Positions 26,201 to 39,491 of a stretch of DNA of 64,000 nucleotides are shown here, piece after piece (position 1 is the stretch's first letter; each line of letters opens with the position of its first letter). A program made the position numbers and the translations under genes. Source of the stretch: Octopus vulgaris. Lineage: Eukaryota. The stretch spans positions 173,228,001 to 173,292,000 of the forward strand of contig OX597816.1 in NCBI GenBank assembly GCA_951406725.2, read 5' to 3'. The notes beneath the pieces are model-generated. The model had not been told where the DNA came from and ran no database searches. It was given only the letters and a program-made list of their open reading frames with translations.

Positions 26201-26738
26201 ATACAGGTGGCACTTAAAAACACCTTTTGAGTGGTTGTTGCCAGAACTGAATGACTGGCCCTCGTGCCAGTGGCTTGTAAAAGCACCCACTACACTCTCG
26301 GAGTGGTTGGCGTTGGGAAGGGCATCCAGCTGTAGAAACTTTGCTAGATCAGGTTGGAGCCAGGTGCAGCCTTCTGGCTCGCCAGTATTCAGTCAAACCA
26401 TCCAACCCATGCCAGCATGGAAAGCAGACGTTAAACGACAACGATGATGATGCTAATGATGTACTTTTTATTCAGGTAGCTGGTCCCTCAATTGGGTCAA
26501 CCTTTGGCAGACTCTCCTCCTCCCATTCATTCTCCACATTCAGCAGTCTTTCATAATGGCATTTCAAAGCCTCTTTCTTTGCAGAATCATTAAACGCAAG
26601 GGTACCATCATCCAAGTGGACACATTTCTCTCCTATGACATCATGGCTTTCTCTCACACACCGTCTTGCAAAATACTTCAGTTCTCTGGTCCTCACGTCG
26701 CTGAACATTGGCAAACTTCTTTTCTGCTACTCCCTTGA
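23280..26738 (-). mobile_element. Decayed RTE-clade LINE, interrupted at ~25226-26465 by a second RTE in the opposite orientation
   Basis: RT pieces KTGKAVGPSG, NYRGIKLL, QFGFVSGRSATDAIF, DLEKAFDRV and KGLRVNLTKTK; Cys-rich WPCSICRKG; upstream piece at 26472-26714; 3' UTR and (GAT)n tail at the left end. Confidence 0.88.
25290..26455 (+). mobile_element. 5'-truncated RTE LINE nested in the previous one
   Basis: FRYLG..., AMLHGSE..., RQLRWYGHV, followed by the 3' UTR repeats and a (GAT)n tail. Confidence 0.85.
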
Positions 26739-28477
26739 TTAGAACAGAATTATTTTAGAGAATAGATGAGTTTGAATGAATGAGGCAATTAAAAACAAAA
26801 GACTTTCTTAGCTTAGCTGTGCATATTTTCAAGTGTCATCGCCACCAAAATATATTTTTAGAAGAGATTCGAATCGAAATTGAGTGTATCTGAAGGCCAT
26901 TACTTCTATTTTCATCTACAAACAAAACAATTTCAAACATCACTCTTCTCATCATCACATCAAACCTCATGTGAAATGTTTTTTTCCAATCCTTCCTTCC
27001 TTAAACTCTCTTTGGATCTCCTTCTCTGCGCATTGATCAACCCCTTCAAAACAACATCTTATAAAAGGAACCTTTATGTTGTCATTCAGTCTGCTTTAAA
27101 TTTTTCTCTTGCTGTTATGAAAGGAGGACACATTGGTTAATATAGTGCTAGATATCTCTGAAATGACAGAAAGGTCATATCTGAAATGCTAGTGATCATA
27201 ATTTTGGCTAAACCACAAAACTCAAACTACAACTCGCAGAAGTTCAAATTGAACATCAACTACATTGACCTCACTACTCTGGAAGATCTTTAATGAGCTC
27301 AAACTATGTTCATTGACCCTCTCACTCAACTGGTCTTCTGTTCCATAAATTAGTTTTTGACATTAGAATACTACACTGGATGCTTTATTATTCAGTGCCT
27401 CACTGTTCTTAGTTCAATCCCTGCCAAATCCAACATTTCCTTTCATGCCACCAGTAATACTTCTTGAAGGGAGAGATTAATTCTGCTCTCTCTTTACGAA
27501 ACATGTAATCTATTAGTGAAGCAGCCAAGGAGTAAGAATCTATATGGGTGCTTCATTTGCTAAAACTAGCACCAAATCTTCCTCAGATCACACCTTAAAA
27601 AGAAGAGAAAGTAAATGTTGGATGATGTTGTCCTGGATACAAAAAAAGACAAGATGCTTGTGGTTGGAACATCTATTCAAGATAGGGCTAAACACTACTT
27701 GCTTCGGTAGTGATAGAATTGGTTGAAGTGAAGTCATTTTATTAGTGTTTTCTTTGTGACTTCAAAACCAATGGATAAGTTGAAAATAGTACCACAGACT
27801 TAATCTGTTACCCAGTTTAACACCTCTGCTTTTTGGAGTTTAGTAGTGTTCAGTCTTTTGGAAGAATTGAGGCCATGTTTCAGTCTGAAGATAATTTCCT
27901 CCTTTGTTCTCACTAGTTAGTGACCCCGAAAAGGGACCATGGTCACTGCCTTCCTCTAAGTCACTAACAAGAACTGTTAATGCAACTTGTTAATTAGAGT
28001 TTCTACTAATTACAACAGTAAAATGCACCAACTCATAGCACTTATTTACAGATAAATGAGCTGAGTTTGTAAGAGTTCTGTTTTGGTCATAGGTACAACA
28101 TTGTTGCTAGTAATACAATGTGAACTGTGAATTTTGGTTTTTAAAGATAGTTAAAAACCCAGTGGGATTTGAACTCATAATGTAAACTGATAACATTAAA
28201 TACTGCAAGACATACACTTTACAACTACATTACTATTTCTGTCTCCCTCCACACCTAGTAAGGATGTCTGACATGGGCACAAGTTCTCAAATTCGAGGAA
28301 GAATAGTCAATTATATGTGATGCATTATATGACTTGCACTTATTTCATAAACCCCAGAAGAATGAAAGGCAAAGTTGCCCTCACTGAGATTTGAATTCAG
28401 AATGTAAAGGGTTGTAACTAAATATTGTGTTCAAATATCTAACGATTCTGCAATCCACCATATTACCACCACTAATA

Positions 28478-28715
28478 ATTCGTTCGTTTATTGGTCACAA
28501 GGGCTAACAAAAATCAATTAAAACATAAAGGGACAAAACACCGGACGAAAGTTACAAAGGGTTTTGTCCGTTTGAAAAAGTCCGTGTACAAAAGCAGGAT
28601 GACAACGAAATATATGTAACAACTAAAACTCCCAATAGGAGGAGACACTTCGAAAGGTTACTCGTGTAATAATAGTAGTTCTGAACTACTGGAGGGACTC
28701 TCCACATACTTCATG
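28478..28715 (-). mobile_element. Probable LINE 3' UTR fragment
   Basis: Ends ttagcccttgtgaccaataaacgaacgaa and is richer in CpG than its flanks; the tail resembles SINE B. Confidence 0.45.
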
Positions 28716-29599
28716 TCAAATTCCTTCAAATGGTACTTTACTATCTTGGAAAAGGGAAACCTATTAGATAGTGTAGTCCTAGAAATACAGGATGGTCATG
28801 GATAGAATGGCTTTCCATCATAGGTCTGAGCCATTAGATCTAAACAAAATAATAGTTGTTTCTTAAATTGTCCCAAGGTCATAAATTTATAGTTGAGGAG
28901 TTTATTAGTAGTACTTATTTAACTGAATCCAGGAAGGTCAAGTAAAAAAGAAATCCTGTCAACCCAGACTATAGAAAGATGTGATTAGGATTTTGGTCCA
29001 TCACTTTATCATTTCTTCTATTCTACAGCTATTGGTTGGTATAATTTTTCTAATTGGAGAATGGTACTGAAGATTACATTGACCACGGTATTTGATTAGT
29101 ACTTATTTTATCAATGCTTTCAAGCAAGAAAGCATGGTTGACCTCGACAGAATTCAAAGTCTCCACACTCATGGTAATTCCTAGCAAAGTCACATTTTCT
29201 GGGGTGGGGTGCAGTCAATTACTTAGCTGGTACTTATTTCATCACCTCCACCAGGAGAATGAAAGAAAAAGTCAGCTTTGGAGGAAAGTATTTTGTCTGC
29301 CTATCTACAAATTCTGCCAATCCACTGCCCTCTTCTTTTACCTCTAACAATTTCTAACATACGAACAGAACCTAAAATTTAGAGGAAAGTTATAGTCAAT
29401 TATTTGAACCCTGATACGAGTACTTTATTTTACCAGTCTGAGAAGGATGGAAGTGAAGTTCACCTTTGTGGCTTTTGAACTCAATGTAAATAGATGTAAC
29501 TATGGCAACAGGCATATTGGTCCCATGCTCTGTTGTTTTTTGTTAATTTACAGCCTGGTCCTTTCCCATAACAACAACAAGACTCCTATTACTGTGAAT

Positions 29600-31141
29600 A
29601 CTTTAATATAACCTTGACTTCTTCCAGAGAAGTTATTCACTGTATAATACAACATAATTCAAAATGAAGCTATTTCTGGCACACATTCCTTACCTCAGAT
29701 AGAAAACAATTTAACTGTTGGACATATCTTTGATAAAAAATATTAGGATAAAAAATTAAGGATATTAAAACTAATAGATATAAGTATCTGGAAATTTTGA
29801 AATATGACAACATCGAGGCAGGCGAAATGAAGGAAAGCTTCAGACGAGAATATCTCAGAAGAACCAAATTAATTAAGGAAAGTAGGCTCAATGGAAAAAA
29901 CAAGATCAGGGCATGGGTAATTTCCTTAATGCAATATGGTGCAGGTGTTGTTTGATGAACAAAGAACAAGCTTGAGGAAATGGACAGAAAAACCAAAAAG
30001 TGATAACAAGGAACTACAGCCCAAAAGCAATATTGACAGGTTATATGTGCTGAGGAAGAGGCCTCATAGGATGCAAGACGTTTGTTGTCAATGAGAGGAA
30101 CAGTCAGGGATGGGACATCAAACAGCAGAGTGAGTGCTCGCTTACCACTGTTAGAATTAACAATACAATACCTACCGAAAATGTGGTGCATCCACAAACA
30201 TTTAAGAAACAAGATGAAAAAGACAGAGTAAGTAATTGGAAAATGAAATCCCTGCATGGGAAAACTGAAGAAAAAGGCAAGATCAACACTTGGAGATGGC
30301 TAAGAAAAAGTGATCTGAAAGGATGTAAAGAGGCATTGATATGCAGCACCTAGGAACAAGCTCTGAGAACTAATTACACCAAGCTCCAAACAGATAAGAG
30401 CAGTAAATCACCTCTTTGTAGGATGTGTGGCAGCAGAAATAGAACAATTTCATATATTGTGGATGAGTGCAGTAAGCTGGCCCAAAAGCACTACAAAAGG
30501 AGGCACGATAATGTGACTAAGTTCATCCACTGGAGGTTACGTGAAAAGTATAGCCTGGACAGAGCATGGAAATGGTACGAACATGAATCAGAAGGAGTCA
30601 CTGAGAACAAAGAATATAAGATACTGTGGGATTTTACAATCCAGTGTGACTCCCTTAATCAATGCTCGGAGACCAGATATTGTTGTGGTAGATAAAGGAA
30701 AAAAAGAAACCAAGATTATAGATACCTGGGGATGCACGCATAAGTGACAAAGAACTAGGAAAGGTTGAAAAGTGCAGACCACTAAAAGGTGAAACTGCAA
30801 TAATGTGGACTATGAGGAAAGTGTCTGTCATTTCAGTAGTTGTAGGATCATTCGGAGCAGTAACAATCAAGTTCAAGAAATATGTCAAGGAAATTGGAAT
30901 TGACATGAGAGCAGAGCAAGCCCATAGAACTGCTCTGCTGGAGACAGCTAGGATTTTTAGATAGGTACTTGGATGTTGAATGTCTCCCCCAATAATTAAC
31001 AATCAATTATCAAAGCTTATAATGTGCAGAAAGAGACTCTGTGAGACCACTGACAACAGGCTACTGCCTGCTCTCACAGAATCTACCAGAGCAAAGAAGA
31101 CTGAATGTTCTGAGAAGTAAAACAACAAGGATAACAACAAC
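29600..31141 (+). mobile_element. Decayed Dong/R4-clade LINE, 3' part (RT end, CCHC finger, restriction-like endonuclease)
   Basis: YKYLEILKYDN; CRMCGSRNRTISYIVDECSKLAQKHYKRRHDNV; ILWDFTIQCD; RRPDIVVVDK...IID; AAC-rich ends. Confidence 0.85.
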
Positions 31142-31415
31142 TAAAAATTCCATAGTGGTTTTTTTAGATTACATTTTAATTAGTTTTGATTTTGTTGTTT
31201 AGCCACTGATCTGCCAAAACTGAGATGACAAATGATTAAAAGCATTCTAACTATCACCGTCTTGTTACTTTTAGGTATATCTAGCATTACATTTCCACTG
31301 TATCTGAATTCCTTGTTTAAGCTTGTCAGGTTTGACTCAAGGGACATTTGGCTGCTATTTCTAGCTGGTCAAATGACTACATGGTGGCTTCTTCATTAGC
31401 ATGTGATGATGATGA

Positions 31416-32455
31416 TCATCATCATTTAACGTCCGTTTTCCGCGCTAGCACGGGTTGGACGGTTTGACCGGGGTCTGGGAAACCAGGGGCTGCACCAGGC
31501 TCCAGTCTGATCTGGCAGAGCTTCTACAGCTGGATGCCCTTCCTAACGCCAACCACTCCGTGAGTGTAGTGGGTGCTTTTTACGTGCCACCTGCACAGGT
31601 GCCAGGGGGTCCGGCATCGGCCACGATCGGTTGGAGCTTTTAACGTGCCACCGGCACGGAAGCCAGCCAAGGCGGCGCTGGCAACGGCCACGTTTGGATG
31701 GTGCTTTCTATGTGCCACCAGCACTGGAGCCAGTCGAGGCAGCGCTGGCATCGGCCACGTTCGGACAGTGCTTTTTATGTGCCACCGGCACAAAAGCCAG
31801 TCGGGGCAGCGCTGGCATCGGCCACGTTTGGATGGTGTTTTTTATGTGCTACCGGCACAGAAGCCCGTCGAGGCGGCGCTGGCAACGGCCACGTTCGGAT
31901 GGTGCTTTTTATGTGCCACCGGCACAGGTATCACAACTACTATTTCCATTGATATTTATTTCGATGTTCATGTTCATGTACTTGACTCAACAGGTCTCCT
32001 CAAGCACAGCGAGACGTTCTGGAATCCAGGGTACTTTGAATGGGCAGGGGCTATGCGGAACTGGTGCAGGAAGCAGCCCGGGTCTTTGCAGTCACAGCAT
32101 ATCTCCAGAGTTCTCGGTCCTTCGCCATTGCCTCAGTGAGGCCCAACGCTCTGAGGTCATGCTTGACTACCTCATCCCATGTCTTCCTGGGTCTACCTCT
32201 CCCCCTGATACTTTCAAATGTTTGGGAGTGGCACTTCTTCACACATCTCTCCTCATCCATCCGCAGTACATGACCATACCATTGCAAGCGTCGCTCTTGC
32301 ACACCACATCTGATGCTTCTTATGTTCAGCATTTCTCTCAGGGTGCTTACACTCTGTCGTGCGTGCACACTGACATTACACATCCAGCGGATCATGCTAG
32401 CTTCATTTCTTTCAAGTCTACGCATGTCCTCTGCAGTCACAGCCCATGTTTCACT
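31416..32455 (-). mobile_element. 5'-truncated RTE LINE with a six-unit 3' UTR array
   Basis: SETWAVTAEDMRRLERNEASM...RRLQWYGHVLRM...RGRGRPRKTW, tandem units at 31573-31925, (GAT)n tail. Confidence 0.9.
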
Positions 32456-32532
32456 ATATTTATTAAGTAAATAAATAGGTAAAATTTCAAATTTTTTGTA
32501 ATCCAGTTTATGACTCACAGTGGAATTTTTAT

Positions 32533-32567
<35 letters not shown>

Positions 32568-32842
32568 GACCAGTTGGTTGGTTAGCAGAAACAACTGTCT
32601 TCTCTCTTTTTAACAACTTCATACTTGAGTAGAAAATTATTTTTATTTGTACATCTCTATTCTCTCTCGTCTGTATACAGAGTGCACCATGTATTTGAGA
32701 ACACACCTTTGATTGGCTACAAACAAAAGACAACTTTATGTTACAGAACATTTGCAAAATTTTAGCTTTTCTCTTTCTCTTTCAGACATATTGACAGTAT
32801 CAACATAGCAAACTCGAATCTGAGACAGGAAATAAAAAAAAA

Positions 32843-33073
32843 GGCGCCGAGCTGGCAGAAACGCTGGCACACCGGGCGAAATGTGTAGCTGTATTTCGTC
32901 TGCCATTACGTTCTGAGTTCAAATTCCGCCAAGGTTGACTTTGCCTTTCATCCTTTCGGGGTCGATTAAATAAGTACCAGTTATGCACTGGGGTCGATAT
33001 AATTGACTTAATCCGTTTGTCTGTCCTTGTTTGTCCTCTCTGTGTTTAGCCCCTTGTGGGTAGTAAAGAAATA
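32843..33073 (+). mobile_element. SINE family B copy
   Basis: Full length, with ggaaataaaaaaaa duplicated on both sides. Confidence 0.85.
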
Positions 33074-33772
33074 GGAAATAAAAAAAAAGTACATTGTTCT
33101 TGTGGCTCTAGACAAGGCATAGTGTGCAGATACATAGTCAACTCCAATCAATGAAGGTATTCAATGTGTGTGTGTATATGTGTGTATATGAGTGGGTATA
33201 TATACATATGCTTTTATTATATTATGTGTTTTATATGTATGTGATGCAAAAACTTTTCTTTCTTACATTAGAAGCCAACAAAACACCTGTAATTATACGT
33301 GGAATAAGCTGCTGGACGATATAGTGAAGATGCCGACGACCGCTTGGTTCAAAGTCTCTCTTGACCAGAAATGGCCTGAACTCTTTGCATGAACACCCTC
33401 CCTGTACATAACTCCATGTCCCCCTACATGGCCTTGCTTTTTGCTTTTTGAGCCAAATTAACTTAACTTAACTAACTTAACTAACTAACTAACTTAACTT
33501 AATTTTTCTGGTATTTTATATCAAGGAACAACTCAAGTCATGGGTTAACTTTATCTTCCATTGTTTTAGTGATACAGCCTGCCTAATGATGAGCCTTGTC
33601 TCATGCTAAAAAAAAAATGAAAGGAAGGTTGACCCTGCATGAACTATCCCTTTCTGTGGAACTTAGTTGTAGTGACAATGGCAGGAAGTGAACTGCTGAC
33701 TCTTTGCATGGTTGTTAGATATTCTGTTGATTTAGCCATTGATAACATCATGGAGAACAAAAAATATATATA

Positions 33773-33936
33773 TAGGTGCAGTGTGGTAAGTAGCTTGTTT
33801 ACCAACCACATGGTTCCGGGTTCAGTCCCACTACGTGGCATCTTGGGCAAGTGTCTTCTGCTATAGCCCCGGGCCGACCAATGCCTTGTGAGTGGATTTG
33901 GTAGACGGAAACTGAAAGAAGCCTGTCATATATATG

Positions 33937-33971
<35 letters not shown>

Positions 33972-34166
33972 TTGTCCCCCTAGCATTGCTTGACAACCGA
34001 TGCTGGTGTGTTTATGTCCCCGTCACTTAGTGGTTCGGCAAAAGAGACTGATAGAATAAGTACTGGGCTTACAAAGAATAAGTCCCGGGGTCGATTTGCT
34101 CGACTAAAGGCGGTGCTCCAGCATGGCCGCAGTCAAATGACTGAAACAAGTAAAAGAGTAAAGAGT
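33773..34166 (+). mobile_element. SINE family A copy
   Basis: Near full-length match. Confidence 0.85.
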
Positions 34167-34915
34167 ATATTTATAACAGAAACAGCAGAATTTCAAATTT
34201 TATTTCTTCTGGAAAATTCTGTTTTCAGTTTATTTCCTTATTTCCTTATTTATTTATTCTTCATCTTAACAAAAGGATATCATTTTTTTAAAATTACATT
34301 TTATTTTATATCACATTTTTACCAAACTTCAAAATTTTTATTGATCTCTTATGATGATTCCCAATAAATACATATATTTGCATGTATGTATGTGTGTAAA
34401 ATGTTGCCAAAACTTCATCACAAAGGTTCTGCTTCAGAGCCTGGAAACATTTATCTGAAACAAAGTTAAAGTAAAACCCCACAAAGGAGTATTTCTGAGT
34501 TCTGGGACAATACAGCTGTTACACACAGGCAAAATTCACGCAAATGAAGACCATTTTAACATTACGACACAAGTTCACATACATTTCTTATTCCCTCTGC
34601 CTCTTCTACTGTTACTGCAAAATCTTCTGAATTATTTAGCTGAATGCACCCCTTTCTTCCAGGTTCACTCAATACACCTACCACTTCTCCCTATGTCACA
34701 TCACTTCCAAATCTTACATTAAACATTTTAACATAATCCTTCTCCACAATAGCTGCTACCACAACAGAATTCCCTCCCATATTTTCCCTACAAATGTTCA
34801 ACAGCAGGCGTTGAAATCAAACCTGATCCTCAGGGATTCCATCATGTGTGAAAAAGAAGGAAGAGAGATGGCAAAGGTCAAGAGGCACAACCCCTCTTAA
34901 TCCAACGTCCCATTT

Positions 34916-35019
34916 TTATTTCTTCTTTTTCTTCTTTGTTTTTTTCTGCTTGCTACCAGATTGTTTACTCTTCTTAGTTTCAGATCTTCCTTGCTTCTTC
35001 TGATACTGGTTTGCCTGTC
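34916..35019 (-). CDS. Minus-strand host gene, last coding exon (QANQYQKKQGRSETKKSKQSGSKQKKTKKKKKK*)
   Basis: Acceptor ttgttttatgataatttcAG. Lys-rich tail ending in TAA at 34916-34918; phase 1 matches exon F. Confidence 0.78.
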
Positions 35020-35096
35020 CTGAAATTATCATAAAACAAATGAAAACATTAGAATGTGCAAAAGGTTAATGAACACTACCCATTTCTTATGATAAA

Positions 35097-35491
35097 CTAG
35101 CAGTATCGCCCGGCGTTGCTCGGGTTTGTAAGGGAAATAACTATATAAGCATTTTTAGAGATGTAAAGTATAATAGCCATCTCAATATGGCTAACCACAA
35201 AGGGGGGGGGTTACTGTAGCTTTTTACGTTCTGAGATTTAATAATACATTTTTAGAGAGTTACTTCCCTTATATATGCCAAAAATGCATTAAAAATGGGA
35301 AAAATTGATGGTAAATTTTTTTTAAATCGTAGACTCATTGTAGACGCGCGCTAATACCCAGAAGGGCTCGATATGAATCATGACTATAAGATACCCGGTT
35401 TTGGTTAAACTGCACCGCAAAATGTGGGAGTAGTTAGGAATCTAAATCGTAGGAGACAGACAGCACACAACCTCACTTTTATATATAAAGA
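35097..35491 (-). mobile_element. Non-autonomous Helitron copy in the last intron of the minus-strand gene
   Basis: Same family, with intact termini. Confidence 0.85.
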
Positions 35492-35551
35492 TATTATATG
35501 AAAAAGAAAAAAATCCTTTAAGAATTAGAAACTAGATATAACTTTGAACCC

Positions 35552-35584
<33 letters not shown>

Positions 35585-35790
35585 TGTGCAGCTGTTTTTG
35601 ATTTAGTAGTCATTTTGTGGTTATGATCTTTCATGTGTTATTTATATATTTATTTATTTAGTCCAGCAAGCCAGGTCAATATAATATTGACGAACTAAGA
35701 TCACAGGTTCATATCTTGAGACTATACAGTGGGGCAACATCTAAGCAAATGTGTATGTGTCAATAAATATGTAAATAAAAGGTTACTCAC

Positions 35791-35861
35791 TCAGTTTTTT
35801 AACAACCTTTTGCAGGGCATTGAATTCTTTAGGAAGCCAGCTTTTTGGGTGACTTAACAAA
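35791..35861 (-). CDS. Minus-strand host gene, exon F (LLSHPKSWLPKEFNALQKVVKKLR)
   Basis: Acceptor ttttcatttcatctgaAG, donor GTGAGT, 71 nt, phases 2/1. Confidence 0.75.
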
Positions 35862-37594
35862 CTTCAGATGAAATGAAAATATAAATAAAAGAGAAAAAAT
35901 TATGAAGATCTCTTATGTTGGTACAAGATCATAATTTTTCATTGATTTGAAACACTGGCACAAATCAATCAAACAGATCTAAAAAAATGTTATCACTTAA
36001 TCAGAGGAGGAAGGAAAGTGCTCTTGACAATTTTCACAGCCTCTGAGACTAGTCAAAAAAAAAGAAAAGAATATATTCTCTAACTAGAGACCTTCCTGAG
36101 TGTTTATAACAGAAGAAATTTCCCTAAAGGTACCCCGCAATCAGTTGGTGATAGTAAACAAAGCAATGAATTAGGTCTACCAGCCAAGAAAAATAACAGG
36201 GCCTCCAGTGAACTTCTACACAGATTTTGCTTATCCAACTTCCTTCGCAAAGTTTTGGCTGACTCGAGGCTATGGTCATCAAGCAGTGATGGGAGACAAA
36301 CACAGATACACACACACACACACATACACAATGGATTTCTTTCCGTTTCCATCTTCCAAATCCACTAACAAGGTTTTGGTCGGCCCAAGGTTATAGTAGA
36401 ATACACTTGCCCAAAGTGCCACATAGTGGGACTGAACCTAAAACCATATGGTTGAGAAGTAAACTTCTTATTTCTTTACTGCCCACAAGGGCCTACACAC
36501 AGAGGGGACAGACAAAGGGATTAAGTCGATTACATCGACCCCAGTGCATAACTGGTACTTATTTAATCGACCCCCGAAAGGATGAAAGGCTAAGTCGACC
36601 TCGGCGGAATTTGAACTCAGAACATAAAGACAGATGAAATACTACTAAACATTTTGCCTGGCGTGCTTAGCAAACTTCTTACCACACGGCCACACTTGCA
36701 TCTTATCAATTTTACATCTGATTTTCCATTACATTGTTGTTTAGCCCTAAGTCAAACTTAAACAGATAGACCTATGATCAAGCCATGGCAATTTTGTTTT
36801 TCTGTGTATCAGACACTAGATTGTATAATTTGTCTTTCCTTTATTAAGATGGTAAGCTTGTGATTTGATGGTCACCTAAGACACCTTCTGGTTCTGCAGC
36901 ACAAAATTTCCATTTTAAAGTGTTCATATCTGAATAAAAATCTTCCTCTATGATTCTATGTGAAACCCTTTTTAAATCTATGTTACAAACACCAGATAAA
37001 GCATGAACCTGATAGCTATTTCAATAAATCCCTCCAACTTCTTAACTATTTTGAAATCAGCTTAAATACAAAGGAAGTATATTTTTTAAAAGTATGATAC
37101 AAAAGGGTTAAAGTTTACTGATCTGTAAGATTGAGACTCACTTCTTAGCTTGTAAATGTTGCAAGTAAGTGCAAATCCTTCTCCACTGTAAGTACTAATA
37201 ATACTGTAAAAACAAATAAAAGTTTCATTGGCCTGTAATTTTGATTTCAACTGGTCCATGAGTAAGCATCCACTTTCAGAATAAGGGTGATTGAGAGGTA
37301 GGTTAATGGCCAATTTATATAAATGACTTCCTATAGAAGTTAATATAATCTTAGTGCTACCAGTTAAAAGCTCCGTATACCAGAAGCTAGCATTCTCTCC
37401 TGATGACCCCATACACTTGCTAGCTTCCGGTATATGGAGCTTTTAACTGGTAGCGCTTGCATGTGCAAGTTGTTTGCAAGACATCTAATGGTCATAAGAT
37501 TATATATATCAGACTGTACAGAAAACAAAAATAGTGAGAAGAGGCATCAAAACACACACAAACACACTTCAAGAAAATTAAAGTGAATACCAAC

Positions 37595-37669
37595 TCGGAT
37601 TCTGGATTTATTCTTGTGTCAACTTCCATTGCATAATGTAAAGGTCGACCAGTAGGAGGATAAAGGCTT
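37595..37669 (-). CDS. Minus-strand host gene, exon E (SLYPPTGRPLHYAMEVDTRINPESD)
   Basis: Acceptor tttttctgctgtctttctacAG. Only one frame is open. Donor GTTGGT (phase 2) fits exon F; an alternative GTATTC donor lies 4 nt further on. Confidence 0.78.
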
Positions 37670-38050
37670 CTGTAGAAAGACAGCAGAAAAAGCATCATGA
37701 ATAATTTACAGAGATACAGTAGGATGTGACAGCATATTAGTGGAAGAGAGCAACAATAGCAATAACATCAACAATATTGTGATAAAGTGTGGGTGTGTCT
37801 ACACTGCAATATTGTAATGAAGTGAGAATGTAAGTGCAACACTATCGAAACTGCTGATTAAAAGATTAAAGGATTAAAGTAACTTTTTAACCAGTTGATC
37901 TAGTTCTGGATAAATTTTCCCTGGAAAGAGACAGGATGTTCAATACTCTGTTGATCATAGGTATGCCCAGTGTTGATTATCAATGAGTTCAATCAGTGTT
38001 GACAACAAATTTGGACAGTACAGGAGTGGATGATGAAAGTTAATCTAGAG

Positions 38051-38309
38051 CAGTGGTTTTCAACCAGGGTTCCGCGGAACCTTAGGGTTCCGCAAGTACA
38101 GTCCAGGGGTTCCGCGGAACCTTAGGGTTCCGCAAGTACAGTTCAGGGGTTCCGCAAGCAGTTACAAAAATGCTAAAATCAACAGTAATTTTTAATTCTC
38201 CTGTGCAGATATGTGTGCATAAGACAATTAAATTATTGCACAGGGGTTCCTCGAGCCAGTGGAATGTTTCCTTGGGGTTCCGCTTCAGCAAAAAGTTTGA
38301 AAAGCACTG
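38051..38309. mobile_element. hAT (Charlie/Buster-type) MITE
   Basis: TIRs cagtggttttcaa and ttgaaaagcactg, perfect 8-bp TSD atctagag, internal ~41-bp tandem duplication of ggttccgc repeats. Confidence 0.92.
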
Positions 38310-39491
38310 ATCTAGAGAAACAACTAAAATTTGCCAGTACTAATAGGCAGTTGAGGGTTTGCTTATTGTACCTCAGTGAGGCCTATGAAACCCAGGACAT
38401 TTCAGGAATAAGCAGAAAAGCCATCAAGAGCACCATAACAACCACTGAGAAAGCATCTAAATGCCTCTGGTTTAAAAGAGATGATTAGTGGGAGGGTGGG
38501 GGTCAGTAGAATGCCACTTGGACACAGGCCTAGGCTTGATCAAACAAGGTCAAGTCAACTGGAAGAGGGTGTAAGTTGTAAGACTTGAAACATGCAGTAA
38601 GCCAAAGATACAACACTGCTGATATGTCCTAGTATTACATTTGTAGATGTATGTTGAACAGGTGTGGGTGTGGGGGTGCAGGCAAGGCTGTATCATCATC
38701 ATCATCATCATCGGTTAACGTCCGCTTTCAATGCTAGCATGGGTTGGACAGTTCAACTGGGGTCTGTGAAGCCCGAAGGCTGCACCAGGCCAGTCAGATC
38801 TGGCGGTGTTTCTACAGCTGGATGCCCTTCCTAACGCCAACCACTCTGTGAGTGTAGTGGGTGCTTTTTATGTGCCACCGACACAGGTGCCAGACGAGGC
38901 TGGCAAACGGCTATGCTCGGATGGTGCTTTTTTATGTGCCACCGACACGGAGGCCAGGCGAGGCTGGCATGGCTGGGTATGGTTAAAATATTTGTTTTGC
39001 AACCATGCAGTTTTGGGTTCAGTCCTATTACATGGCACATTGAGCAAGTGATTTCTTCTATAGTCTCAGGCCAGAGTCCATCATACTCACACCCACTTGT
39101 GTATGCATGTGTGTGTGTGTGTGTGTGTGCATGTGTGTGTGTGTGCATGTGTGTGTGCATGTGTGTGTGCATGCATGCTTATCGCCTCGTTTTGACGTTG
39201 TGCACTCAATGTAAACAAACTTCATCATTGTACAAGCAGTGGTATTTACTCTTACTCTTTTTACTCTTTTACTTGTTTCAGTCATTTGACTGCGGCCATG
39301 CTGGAGCACCGCCTTTAATCGAGCAACTCGACCCCGGGACTTATTCTTTGTAAGCCCAGTACTTATTCTATCAGTCTCTTTTGCCGAACCGCTAAGTGAC
39401 GGGGACATAAACACACCAGCATTGGTTGTCAAGCGATGCTAGAGGGACAAACACAGACACACACACATACACACACATATATATACATACA

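Noticed and set aside
29670-30257. 195-aa hydrophobic minus-strand ORF
   Set aside because: Antisense shadow of the decayed Dong/R4 LINE.
31573-31925. CRISPR-like array (palindromic repeat plus spacers)
   Set aside because: The intervening sequences are homologous to each other, the array is part of an RTE 3' UTR, there are no cas genes, and the context is eukaryotic.
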